DNA of 62,684 nucleotides, filler included, from Rhabdomonas costata (taxonomy: Eukaryota): assembly GCA_019059605.1 (NCBI GenBank). It is 43 parts of 43 records of this genome, joined end to end, with 100 filler letters (N's around TTAATTAATTAA, not from the genome) between each part and the next. Parts side by side here need not be neighbours in the genome. Positions count along the whole stretch, not along the records: positions 1 to 1,361 come from JAHMHO010018231.1; positions 1,462 to 2,822 come from JAHMHO010018232.1; positions 2,923 to 4,283 come from JAHMHO010018233.1; positions 4,384 to 5,744 come from JAHMHO010018234.1; positions 5,845 to 7,205 come from JAHMHO010018235.1; positions 7,306 to 8,666 come from JAHMHO010018236.1; positions 8,767 to 10,127 come from JAHMHO010018237.1; positions 10,228 to 11,586 come from JAHMHO010018238.1; 35 more parts are not named here. One strand, 5' to 3'. The position numbers and the translations under genes were made by a program. The notes under the pieces are model-generated. The model was given only the letters and a program-made list of their open reading frames with translations. It was not told the origin of the DNA and did no database searches. Below are positions 1 through 11,740 of the stretch, one piece after another (position 1 is the first letter of the stretch; each line of letters opens with the position of its first letter).

Positions 1-698
1 TGTGTTTGTGAGAGAGCGGGTGTGAGTGTTGTCAAGCAGTATCAGAGATGGGGCTGTGGTTGCGCGCATTACGAGAGCTTAGCATTGAGAGCTTTTCGCA
101 AATCGATGCGGTGGCCCATGCGGTGGCACATTCCCGGCAAGCAGCGCGGCAGCACAAGATGGTGGACACAGGTGGTGCAAAGTGCCTCCCACCGGTGGAA
201 GTGGGTAGGAGGTTGTAGGATTCAGGCGACGGGAACAGGTGGGGGCAGTCTTAAAATGTGGCGCTAATCTCACAGGGCACATTGCAGGGGGTATCTTCAC
301 ACCAAACCTCTCGCCTTGTCCCATGACAGTATCCAACTCCTTACTGCTCCCCAATTGTGGCGGAGGACTCCAAAAGTCCTTGCAACCCTCCCAGCGAAAC
401 ATTATTCTTTTGTAAACCTTGGTCTTGGTCTTCGGAATCACCGGCCTTCAGCGCAACCCAGATCAAAACAGGGGACAGCAGTTCAAGGGGGGAATTTGTA
501 ACCCAAGAACAGTTTGGATATGGAAAATGAGATGCATATCACGCACTGACATCAATTCATCGGCCTCCCACATCAGCCTTAACTTTGCATGATTCACTAG
601 TTTTGTACATAGACAATTTGTACATAGACCATGGCAGCACATGCTCTAACAACGCCCCCGCTCTATGCCCACCCATCCCTTCCGCGGGTCGGGCATAC

Positions 699-1022
699 CG
701 ACGCAGTCCACGTGGAGGTCCGGCGAGAAGTCGAAAGACCTACTGGAGTAGTTGAAAACCTTCCACATCGGGACCTGGTCTGGGGTGGAGACATCTCCTA
801 CCCCATATGCGTACAGATTGGTGAGGGAGGGCGAGGTGATCGCCCACTGACCCCCTGGGGATAGACCACTGACGTTCGCTTGCAACCACTGCAGCACCAG
901 CTCGGAGCTGGCGTAGGCCGGGCGGTTGCTGACCACGGAGACAGGGAGGAAGGCCCCACCGATGGAGGGGATGTTCACCACGGGGCCGGTGGGGCTGCCC
1001 GTGCTCACGAACAGAGTGCACA
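699..1022 (-). CDS. Internal phase 1-1 exon encoding a Cys-bracketed, beta-rich module of unknown function
   Basis: Pyrimidine tract plus cggtag acceptor, 324-nt open frame (CTLFVSTG...NRPAY...LQW...W.I...YAY..GD...PDQ...W.V...DLHVDCV), G|GTATGC donor. Confidence 0.6.
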
Positions 1023-1044
1023 CTACCGCAGACGAGGATTAAAG

Positions 1045-1102
1045 AAAAAGTGTCGGGATTCGAACCCAGCCACGACCGAGGATGTAGTATACCAGTGTAC
1101 CA
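1045..1102 (-). other. Degenerate tRNA-like / Pol III promoter element inside an intron
   Basis: A-box-like TGGTACACTGG (1102-1092), B-box GGTTCGAATCC (1066-1056), then TTTTT; spacing is shorter than a full tRNA. Confidence 0.35.
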
Positions 1103-1361
1103 AGGATCTGGCATATGGCAGAGAAAAGGCAAACCCAAACGCAACGACCACCAATTATGAGAGAGCGATGCTGAGGTTCTGTACACCGGGAGAAACATTT
1201 TCCGCATTAATTCTGAAGCGCCCAAGAGGCAACAAGTACAACGTTCTGAAGTGTGTGATTGCTGTCGAGTTTCCAGTTGACAGGTTGGCCGCCCGTGAAG
1301 ACGTGTTCCGTTGCTGTCCTCTTCGGAGAATTATTGCCAGTGGGTGAGATTCCAAAACAAA

Positions 1362-1461
1362 NNNNNNNNNNNNNNNNNNNNNNNNNNNNNNNNNNNNNNN
1401 NNNNNTTAATTAATTAANNNNNNNNNNNNNNNNNNNNNNNNNNNNNNNNNNNNNNNNNNNN
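1362..1461. other. Artificial contig spacer N44-TTAATTAATTAA-N44 (first of 42, recurring about every 1460 bp)
   Basis: An identical 100-bp block separates 43 contigs of about 1358-1362 bp; the 12-mer encodes stops in all six frames. Confidence 0.98.
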
Positions 1462-3578
1462 ATTTTCATCCCGATCAAACTCTCTTGAAATAGTTCTTGC
1501 ACAAATTTGAACTCGTTGTCTTTACTTCAATCTGTCATATTTGGCCTCGATTGCCGCACTTTTTTTTTCGTGATATAAGCCTTCGATATTGACCTCTCAG
1601 TTTTCTGTCATTTGCTTTGTAAAGCTCTATATTTTTCTTTGCAACGACTTCATCTTCTTTAATTTGTAATTGCATCCGTGGTTTTACTGAATCTCCTCTG
1701 CTCTGATTTGCTCTAGAGTAGTGTAATTCAGCATCTATTCCGGCTCTGATTCTTCTTGTTGGATTGCCATCCAACACCGGTGTACCACGTCTTCTCATCG
1801 TGGTTCTTCTGTTTGTGGCTTTGCTGCATCAACGAGACTCCTGCTACACTTTTCAGCGCCATTCGTACACCATAAGATGCTTTCCATTGCCTTTTGGCTC
1901 AACGTTTCGAAAACCTGCTCTTTTAACACGTTATGCGCTCGTGAGTTTTCCTACGCCTTAGAACGTTGCTAGAAATTTTGTGCTTCAGCGTAATTGATTT
2001 GCTCCAAAACGTTCTTTTTGAAACTGCGGCTTATCTGCGACACCGGATTTCCCACGCTGGATCCTCATATCTTCGCAACGTGCTTCTTGAAAAAGATGTT
2101 CTTTGGAAGGGTGTGCTGTTTTTGCCAATTACTTGGAATTTATCTCTTTTTCTCGTAGTTTTTGCATCTTCAGGCGCTTCGAAGCTCTAAAAAAGTATTA
2201 AGGAAATTCTTTTGCCAGGAACGTCACCCGAAGTATGCTGATCCGTTACAACGTCTATGACTATTGTGGTGGTACAACCGGAAACCAAAAAAGACGTGTT
2301 ACGTGGTAGGTGCTCAACGAAAACGCGGCATTGTTGTCACAAGTTTCGGGATTGTAAGGCTTTTGCGTAGAATTATTTCCGATCCTGCCGTACGAAGTCT
2401 AGGTACAAGAGTACTTCCCTTAGCCAGAGATTAGATGATGCCTGGTTCCTGCCATCGTGGTGCCCCATGCCCCACTTGAGTCGGAAGAGCTCTGGTGAAA
2501 TCGTGGTGCCCGTTGCCACGTGAGGCATGCTTATACTCGCGGAGAAGCAGTTACGCCAAGAAAAAGCCCATTTGAAAGCCCAAGTGACTTGGTACCATCC
2601 GCCTCCGTGATTAGTACGAGGGCCTTGGAAGGATGGGACAGAACTACATTCGACGTTCGACGTTCGACGTGGAATTTTTGAAAATAAATTGACGTGTTTG
2701 GTTATTCTTTCTTTAGTGAACCACACCTTAAATTTGCTAAGGTTGATGGCCGTTCAACCGCCAAAGACCCCACGCGTCACACATTTGAAGGAAGAACCGG
2801 ACGAAAAGAAGAAAAAAACAACNNNNNNNNNNNNNNNNNNNNNNNNNNNNNNNNNNNNNNNNNNNNTTAATTAATTAANNNNNNNNNNNNNNNNNNNNNN
2901 NNNNNNNNNNNNNNNNNNNNNNGTTCTAACGCGTTTTCTGTGGCGGGGTTGAAATGTTATGACATCTTCTTTTGGCGTCAAAAAGTTACTGCGTCCACCA
3001 CAATATTGGAGGCAGCTATTAAATCACGAAGGGCATGCAAAGGGCAAGTATGCAAATACTCGACGCCTCCGGCAATTGGTGTTGTTGTGTCCTTTTTCGC
3101 TGTGAATTATTTACCGCTTATTGGTTTTGCACTCTCCTGCCCATTGCCACCCCATTCTTTTCTTCTCTTTAACCGTTTCTCTCTTTCTACCCTCCATCCT
3201 CGTTTGTTTGTTGGTTGTGTGGCATGCTAGCTTGCTGTATATTTGTTTGGATACATTCTTTTTCTTTCATTTGTGTGGCATTCCCCTTCAACAGCTTCAG
3301 CAGTCAGTGCCTCGCAGTCCCCATTTTTGCATGCATACAGCGTGTACATTATTACCGTGTAAATTATTATTTCTTTCTTCCAAACTGTGAACATTTTTGG
3401 TAAAACGCTCGTTCAACAACGCTGTGGCATTTCTGAGGACATACCAGGGATAAATATAAAAAATCACAAGGGACGAAAGGGCTTTGGAGTTCCTTCACTT
3501 TTTCTGTAGTAGTGCGCAGGATAGAAGAGGGATGAAGTGTGTAAGCTTTGATCGCATTCTTCCAACCTCCCCCCCCAG

Positions 3579-4041
3579 AGCGACTCCACTCGGCAAGCCC
3601 TGAGACATGTAGTTCGGCAGGTGTACCGCGAAGGGGGCATGCGGGGGTTCTACCGGGGCTACCACATCGCCATTGGCGTGACCTGCCCTGGCACGATGGT
3701 GTACTCGGTACCTCCTTCCTCTGTTTCCCTCCTTTGGCTTCATTTGGCCTCATTCTGAAAAAATCGCGCAGAAAATCAGGCTTTAAATCAATCAATGTCC
3801 TTGCAGTGATGCGTCCCAAAAACGAGCTTCACCGATGGAAACGCAAGCTGCGTACAACAAATGCTAGACACATGTCAGTCGTGGCGTCCTCTATCCGTCT
3901 GAGCAAGAAACACGGTTTGCTCCTCCACTGGCGGCAGGGAGGGCTTCGTTCTTTGTTGCCGCGCCTCCCAGCTGTGCTACCAGAAGCTCAAGCACGTGTT
4001 CTCGTCGGACCAATCCATGCCCGGAGCAGTATCCGCGGCAG
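3579..4041 (+). CDS. Mitochondrial carrier family (SLC25) protein, 2 internal exons
   Basis: Exons 3579-3707 and 3972-4041 (GT-AG) splice to ...RQVYREGGMRGFYRGYHIAIGVTCPGTMVYS-LCYQKLKHVF..., matching the carrier EG..G.YRG...P....F..YE..K signature. Confidence 0.85.
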
Positions 4042-5224
4042 GTCTCCATCTCCAACTCCTTCCCGACCCTCGTCCTGTCCTCCGTTGCTTATCCTCACAA
4101 CTATCAACTCCCAACCCATCGACACCCTCGGCAGGAAGATAAAAGCACCCTTTGTTTGTGTGGTTCTGTGGATGCGTGGTTTTCCACGCTTTGCATTTGG
4201 TCCAATTAACTGCTTATCGCTTTCGCTAATGGGGTGGATTCCAAAAGGGCCTCTGTCCGTAACTGTTCGCACCTCCGAAAGGCNNNNNNNNNNNNNNNNN
4301 NNNNNNNNNNNNNNNNNNNNNNNNNNNTTAATTAATTAANNNNNNNNNNNNNNNNNNNNNNNNNNNNNNNNNNNNNNNNNNNNTTTGGGGGGTGGTGGGA
4401 TGCATGGTTGGGACCAGATGTCGGCGGCGCCCCCTGGTAGGTGCGCGCGAAGATCTGGTGGATTGATGGCTCTTGACTGAATCGATGTGGAAAGGATCAG
4501 GACCGGCGTAGTACAGCTCGCGCTTGCGCTCGTTGATGCCCAGCCCGGGACGATGGCACAGCCGGTCACGGAGCGGGTCGTCAAAACCTGTCGTTCTCAA
4601 ATGCGTGCGCCGAAACTTCGGCAATGAGGATATAACAGGGGCATACGCGGATGGGACACATATTTGCCCCTGGCTTTTGCCAAAGGCAAGGGCTGTTATC
4701 CCACTGATTCATGTCTCCAATTAATAAGGGCGTTTTTAAAGTCATTTTTGGTCTTTTCCCCGTGTTTTTCCGTGCCCTTTAAAAGGCGAAAAATCGGTAA
4801 TCCACCTTCCAGGGAGAAAAGTTTCCAGAGCAAAAAATTAATCAAACAGTAAATGACAATAAATCACATGGGATACAAGACAGCAGTAACCAACTAATCG
4901 TGATCGAACAGTCCTGTGGTATTCGAATTTTGGGGATGCTCAAACACCCAGCGGCCCCTGGATAAACAATTCATCATACGTTCCGGACGTGGAATATCAT
5001 CCTTTTGAGAAATTGACTCATACGTAAGTGGTTTTATTGTAATTAGGACGTGTCCCGACGAGACGGAAAAGGGCATGCGTTTTTTTGTACTGGCAATTTC
5101 CGGGCATTGATTGGCCATTTCCCAGACAAACAATTATAATTGTGTTACCGGGATGCGACAACGTGCTGCGTGCATGAAAACGGGAAGATGAACCCACCAT
5201 CTCAATACCATCTGAGGCGTGCGA

Positions 5225-5704
5225 TCATTCTCCACAAGGTTTGCGGAAAAAACTGTGATGAAGATGAGCGTAGCTGAAGTTGCAGAACTTCAGCACATCT
5301 TTGCTAAAGTCCAGCCCAGTCATAACTTGGTAGTACCGCAAAGGGGAGTCCCCCCAGCGATGGGTATGGATCCTATTGCTCTTCAGCACGCGACGCTCAA
5401 ACTCCTTCAAAAGGGGATCGCGCCGGAATCTTCGCATATTCAGCAACTCAAAGTTGGTGTACATCATGGGTGGTCGATAATCTTTCCGAATTTCCGGAGG
5501 AGGTAGCTCGAGCTTGTTCAGAGTCGCTTTGCTGCGACCCTTAAAGTCGTTGACGAAAGACTCCACGAAGTCAATAAGCCCGACGGTTACAAGCGCGTCG
5601 TCCGTGTGTACGGTGTAGTACCCGTACGCGAACCTCTTGCGTATCATCACCTGGAAGGGATCAACGGGAAAACCGGAGTGCAGCATCGAGTCTGTGTCGA
5701 GCCT
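5225..5704 (-). CDS. Glycosyltransferase family 15 (KRE2/MNT1-like alpha-1,2-mannosyltransferase), C-terminal part
   Basis: Motifs RLDTDS, YTNFE, HRWGDSPLR and FSYAH in GT15 order; no intron in this part; stop at 5225. Confidence 0.8.
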   Translation of the reverse strand, partial: RLDTDSMLHSGFPVDPFQVMIRKRFAYGYYTVHTDDALVTVGLIDFVESFVNDFKGRSKATLNKLELPPPEIRKDYRPPMMYTNFELLNMRRFRRDPLLKEFERRVLKSNRIHTHRWGDSPLRYYQVMTGLDFSKDVLKFCNFSYAHLHHSFFRKPCGE

Positions 5705-5904
5705 GAGCTACCTCCTCCGGAAATTCGGAAAGATTATCAAACCCNNNNNNNNNNNNNNNNNNNNNNNNNNNNNNNNNNNNNNNNNNNNTTAATTAATTAA
5801 NNNNNNNNNNNNNNNNNNNNNNNNNNNNNNNNNNNNNNNNNNNNGTGGTTGTAGAGTTTCAAATAACTGCACCCGAAAAAAGCAAAAATTCACAAAACGT
5901 GCAC

Positions 5905-7143
5905 CGCTGCCACCGCTCTCCGTTCTTCGCCGTTTTTCGGCGACAGTGGGGTCCTCCTCCTCATCGCGAGAGTCATCCTGAAAGGTCAAAGAAAGGGGGG
6001 TGACCGTTCAATGGACAATGGGGTATTATAGCCGTTGTGAAAGAAAATCACTACTTAGTATCTCTACTTTGTACTTTTTTTTTCACCACGCACACGCATG
6101 GAGTGATTACACGTTGGGCGGTTGGTACGTTGGGCGTGGACCCACTCCCCCACTCCAAAGTCTCGCCTCCGTTACGCCCACCTCTCTCTAAACAACATTT
6201 CCCCCTTGGTTTTGGTCGAATCCCGACCATGGTTACCTGTTGTTTGTCATAGTTTGTGCCCGCATCCCAGTTGCACGTCTCGTGTTCCAGCACTGTGCCC
6301 TGCATTGCCGCCGTGAATTTCCCCTGCAAAAACTATTCCTTATGCAATCATGATGCTAGTTGTAATGACACGGAGGTTGTTTCCTTGCAATTGTTTCTTT
6401 GGAGGATACTTGGGGAATACTTGCCCGTATAACGGGGTAATATAGCCATTATACTGCAGTGTGTTGACGTGGAGGAAATTTTTCTCCCGTGTGTAAACCA
6501 TACATACAATTGGAATCATACCCATTTCTTTTTGAAACGCAGCATTTTTTTAGCGGCAAACAGGAGCACCGTTCGGCACTTGGTAGGTCCACGTGCAAAC
6601 AGCAAACAGCAAACAACAACACGTACGGAACAAGAAAGAGATGAGAAGCCAAATGGTACGCCAACAGGTAGAGAGCTCAAACGGCGGGAAAGCACACTCC
6701 AGGAGGGTGTGATTATACCCATTTTAATACGATTCTACATTTTTTTGTACTATAATGTCATTACGAGGGGTGTATTGATATATTACGCTGTGATGTTGTC
6801 CGTGCCACCTTAAGCTGAGAGTCGGAAACGGGTTCCAAAAGGTGACATTTTGGACTTGGTAAACAATTTGTCCTTGTAAACCATATCAGCACATTTGCTT
6901 CTTGTGCATGAGAAGCTCTTGAAATTCAGGTCCCCCCCCCTTTTTTTTAGGGAAGCCGAAATTTTCCCAATGTGCGTGCGAAATTAGCTGTAGTTTTTTC
7001 TTCGCACTTCTGACATGACCCCGTCATCGGGTCAATTGACTCTCCAGGAACAAAAATACCAGAGTGGTATCGTTCAGCTCCTCCTGCGGCTCACGGCGCG
7101 AGAAGAAGTTCGTCAGGGTGGACTGCTGCTTGCCAGAGGACAT
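5905..7143 (-). CDS. N-terminal exons of a PIP-box (PCNA-binding) nuclear protein
   Basis: Exons 7143-7060, 6323-6237 and 5977-5905, all GT-AG and in phase: MSSGKQQSTLTNFFSRR...DDSRDEEEDPTVAEKRRR. Confidence 0.7.
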
Positions 7144-8235
7144 CCCCGCTCAACAGAAAAGCACAAACGAAGACGAAGAATGCACTTCTGATTGCAGACA
7201 GCGGCNNNNNNNNNNNNNNNNNNNNNNNNNNNNNNNNNNNNNNNNNNNNTTAATTAATTAANNNNNNNNNNNNNNNNNNNNNNNNNNNNNNNNNNNNNNN
7301 NNNNNGTGGGTAGCGGTCCGTGGCAGGCCCATGCATTGGCCATGTCCGCGGCTCCGGGTTACGCAGCAGAAGGTTGGGGAAAGGTTTGAAAGAGAGGGGA
7401 GAGAGTGTTGTAAGAAGCCTGAATCGGATACATCTCCGACTGCCCCCAAAGCGGGGGGAGGAGGGTTCACCAAAAAAATGAATACACTCAAAGTTTTTCT
7501 CACTCGTTGTGCGTATGTCCCCCTCCTCCCTCCGCGCTTTTAGCTGCGAGATCAAACCTTGCGCTCCTTACTTTTTCGGCAGCGCCCGGGCAAGTGCCGA
7601 AGTGAACACTGAGAAGGGCGGTAGTTCGATTCCCTGGGGGCGCCCCGTGGTGATGGGGGGCTGGGGGCGGACTTGATATCGCGGAAACAACCAGGCTCAA
7701 TGCTGGGAAGGTTTTGGCATCCAAGCATAGTTTTAAAAGAAAAAATGGACACAGGGGAACGGCAACGCAGAAAGAGACAGCGCCAGAACAACAGACAATC
7801 CGCCACACAAAAATAGAGCAGAAAGGGCAAAGTGAAACAATCTGTTGTTTCTTTTCGAGGTCTGTGGGGAAGCTTCACCAGTTTATGTCTTGCTGTGAGC
7901 TCATGCTTCTGTGTCGTTCCCTGTCTTGTGCCCACATGGCTCCGTGCAACGCAACAGATATTCCGGCGTACTCCAAAGCACCTTCCTGGGCTACTGGGCT
8001 ACATCTGCCAGGATTTCTGATACCTCTGCAATTTGTGGGTGTCAGTACAAAAACAACCGCTCCCTGAAACCCGACACGAAACTTCTTTCAGTTTGCAATA
8101 TGCACATCTTTTCCTTCAAATCCTATAAATCTCTTTCCTTGTACTAGGGCTGAAAAAGAGACTAAACCCAAAACAGCAACCCCACCCAACCCACTGTGGA
8201 AGCAGCACAGTGCCAGGGCAAACAATCCCCCACAC

Positions 8236-8364
8236 TCACGGCACGAGCACGCACGCCCCGCCAGCCTTGCGGATCTTCTCCTCAGCGCCCTGGGAGAAGG
8301 AGCGGCACTTCACGATCAGGGGCTGCGCCGGGGGCTGCCCCTTGCCAACAACCTTGAGGTAGCC
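8236..8364 (-). CDS. RPL27A: 60S ribosomal protein L27a (uL15), last exon
   Basis: After the catag acceptor: [42 protein letters not shown], matching the conserved RPL27A C-terminus. Confidence 0.95.
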   Translation of the reverse strand, partial: GYLKVVGKGQPPAQPLIVKCRSFSQGAEEKIRKAGGACVLVP

Positions 8365-10502
8365 CTATGGCACAGTGCCACAACAAAAGAAACCCCAGAC
8401 AGTTTCACACGCCGTCAAGGCTCACAACTTTCGCGACGTGACGAGAAAAGTGTTTTTCCGGGTTGTCCCACCATCACATCATGGCCGCACTCCCCGACCA
8501 CGTGTTTTTAATGGATGGTCGTGTGACAGCTGGCGTGGACAAAAAGAGGTGCATAAGGGGTCGATGCCTGAAAGCTCCTGTTCCGGGTGAACACAGGCGT
8601 CTAGCAAGGCGATGGGTCCTCGTCCCGGTTTCAAGACTATGTGGCAAATGGTTAAACGGGTCCATTNNNNNNNNNNNNNNNNNNNNNNNNNNNNNNNNNN
8701 NNNNNNNNNNTTAATTAATTAANNNNNNNNNNNNNNNNNNNNNNNNNNNNNNNNNNNNNNNNNNNNGTTGTTTGTTACCTTTGGTTTTTTTTGCATATGC
8801 TACGCTTGAATCTAAGGACGGTTGATTACATCCACTATTGCACTGATGATGTATTTGACTCAGCTTGTTTGTGCACGCACATCTATTCAAGTTACTTTTT
8901 TCAGTAGAAATTTTTTGAATTAGGTAATTCCTTCATCAATGCGTTCATTTCTAGTCCACAAAAGACACACCCAAACCAACACTATTCCAAACCACTCTTT
9001 CCAAATACTGACTTCACCCCACAAAACCGATCACACCTCCTGCTGTGGGTCTTTGGAATGTATATCATCCTGGCCGCTTAAACAGCCAAATATAATCGCT
9101 TAACGTCCCGACCAAAGCGTAACTGCAGAACAGCCTGGCTCAAAAATAACCGCCCAACCGCCTCCAAACTAGCCACCATTTTGATGCGTTTTGGCCAGTT
9201 TTTTCTGCATTTTTAAATTAAAGAGGCGCATTTAACAATGGTATTCGACTTATTTGTACAAATTATCCGCGCTTTTGTACTTCAACTAGATTATTCAAAA
9301 CTTTTTTGCCTTCCATCACTCCTACGTGCTTTTTTGGGATTTTTTGTGCGCCACCACACTTGCAAAGTGGTCAAAATGCCGCCATTTTATACACAAACTT
9401 TCATACGAGGCCAAACAGATTCCTAAACTCCGCGTGTGTTTTAAATATGCGCTTACCACTGCAAAGTCTTTCTTGCCATGACTCAGCCACACACGGCATG
9501 CAGTTGTTCATTCGATCTGCTACAGGAACGTGACACCACCAACGACACCGATTATATACTGTATTGTTGCGTTAGCACGTTTCTGACTTCGTCTTTATAT
9601 TATAGGAGCTAACAACCTCCGACCCACTCCCCAGCACACACGAAACCTCATCGACACAGTCCAACCATACCCACGTCTACCGCAGCATCCAACACCAGAG
9701 AGCACCATCTGACCCACTTCACACAGCACCAGCACCAACCCTGCACGCAACCCACCAAACACCGTCCAAGCCTCTCCCACACCCTAAACCACCACAACAG
9801 AAGCAAAATGCACAACCACAAACTACACAAACTTCACCAATCACGTACCCAGATCCCAACCAACACCTACAACCTCCAAATTAACACACACAACCACAGA
9901 CTCAGAGACCACATACACCCACTCCAACTCTAACCCACACGCAACGTCCAAACCATACAACTACACCACAAGCCAACAGAACGCAGCACACACACAGATA
10001 CAAACCGGTAACCCATGGGAACACACCCACTTGTAAAACAACATGAACCCATCACTTACCACATGATTCAATCCGAACCAACCACACTACGAAGGACCGA
10101 AACTCCGTTGACCAGAACAACAACACCNNNNNNNNNNNNNNNNNNNNNNNNNNNNNNNNNNNNNNNNNNNNTTAATTAATTAANNNNNNNNNNNNNNNNN
10201 NNNNNNNNNNNNNNNNNNNNNNNNNNNTGTGTTGTGTATCTCTCTCTGTTGGGCACTGAGAAGTCCTGAGACCTCCTCAGTCTTCTGCGCGGGCGAGCTG
10301 CGCAACTGCTAGCCGCAGTCTGTTAGTCGAGTCGCGAATACTCTTGAAGGAAGCCAGTTCGCTTTTCTTCTGTCGCATTTGATTGAAGATATTTTGTCAA
10401 TGCCAAACCTTTATTTCGGAATCGCAGTGCACAGTCAGCACACTGGAATTTATCATTTTCTCAGAAGCCGAATGCTACGCGCGCATTGGATGCAGCACAA
10501 AC

Positions 10503-10643
10503 CCATTTCCTCGGTGATGACATTGATTCGGGTGTAGGCGTCGTTGAGAATCCCATTGAGGTGGAAGTACATCGTGTAGAAGTACACCACGATCGCCACA
10601 AGGATCACACAGATAAAGTACAAGATCAGCCACGTGGCCGCAC
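10503..10643 (-). CDS. Transmembrane protein exon, possibly OFCC1-like
   Basis: AG/GT-bounded exon: ATWLILYFICVILVAIVVYFYTMYFHLNGILNDAYTRINVITEEM; the TM-H.NG...D.Y.R pattern resembles OFCC1 homologs (from memory). Confidence 0.45.
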
Positions 10644-11740
10644 CTGATGCGAGGGGAAAGCAGCAGAGAATATCCCAGAACCGATTCCCCCAATGAAGGC
10701 AATATCGCCACGGAGTTCCTTTTATTTAAAAATCGTTCGTTCGCAGCAGTAGCGATGCATGCCGAACAATTCCTCCCTCCCCTAAGGAAGGTAAAACGTG
10801 GAGTCCACCACGAAGGTCCACTGTCCAAACTCCAGCACAGAAACACAAGTAATAAGAGACAGAACGCGAGGAAAATGGAATAAAAGAAGAGAAAATGATC
10901 AAAAAGACAGCTCATTATCATAACTGAGGTTTGTATTTCCCGCATGTGGACGCAACCGCTCAATCTTCCTCTGCTGCTTTCTGCTGCCTTTGCCCCATTA
11001 TCTTAGTCCCTCATCTTGCCAGAGCTCTTCACATTTCGGCATCTTTTCAAAGCCAAATTTTTCTCTCCCCTCGCCTCACTCTCCTTGCAGATGCGTTTTT
11101 GTGGGGTCCCATTGGAGCAACCGAGGGAATCCAAGGGTTGGGGGTTTGGTGCGGAATACCTGTGGACTCTCTCTCTCTCTTTCTCTCTTGTACAGCGTGG
11201 ATGCCCTCTCATCTTCACCATGCCCTGCCCATAGGTTTGCAGAAGCTTTGCCAAAATGTGCGAGTTCCGCGATGTGTGCTTGTGCCCTCATCTTTCCTGG
11301 CAACGGGCTGCTTCTCGCCTTTCCCCTATTTGGTAGCTGACCGTAAGGTGGAGCGACACAGGATTGCAGCCGGATGCCTACTCCCCGCCTCCCCCTGCTT
11401 TGTGCCCTTCCCCTCTTTGGGTGGGAAGTCCACACGGCCACACCACACCGCTAAGTCTTCGTCTCCCTCTCCTTCACTCACGCACTCATTCGAGTCACGC
11501 AGTCTTTTCTCCAGCTCTCCAGAAGCTCTTTTTTTTTTTTAATTCTTCCTCCCTTCCCCTACTCTCCTGTTCTGCCCAACACCACCNNNNNNNNNNNNNN
11601 NNNNNNNNNNNNNNNNNNNNNNNNNNNNNNTTAATTAATTAANNNNNNNNNNNNNNNNNNNNNNNNNNNNNNNNNNNNNNNNNNNNTGTTGTGGTTAATG
11701 GGTATAAGGGAAATTTCAGCGCCTTCTTTTTCTTTTGCAG

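Noticed and set aside
1462-2200. Purine-rich minus-strand stretch resembling a decayed LINE ORF2 linker
   Set aside because: Multiple stops and no catalytic endonuclease or RT motif; too weak to call
3548-4283. 263-aa ORF from the track, like most other listed ORFs
   Set aside because: It runs through introns and does not match the spliced mitochondrial carrier frame; most track ORFs are shadow or antisense frames, or run into N spacers
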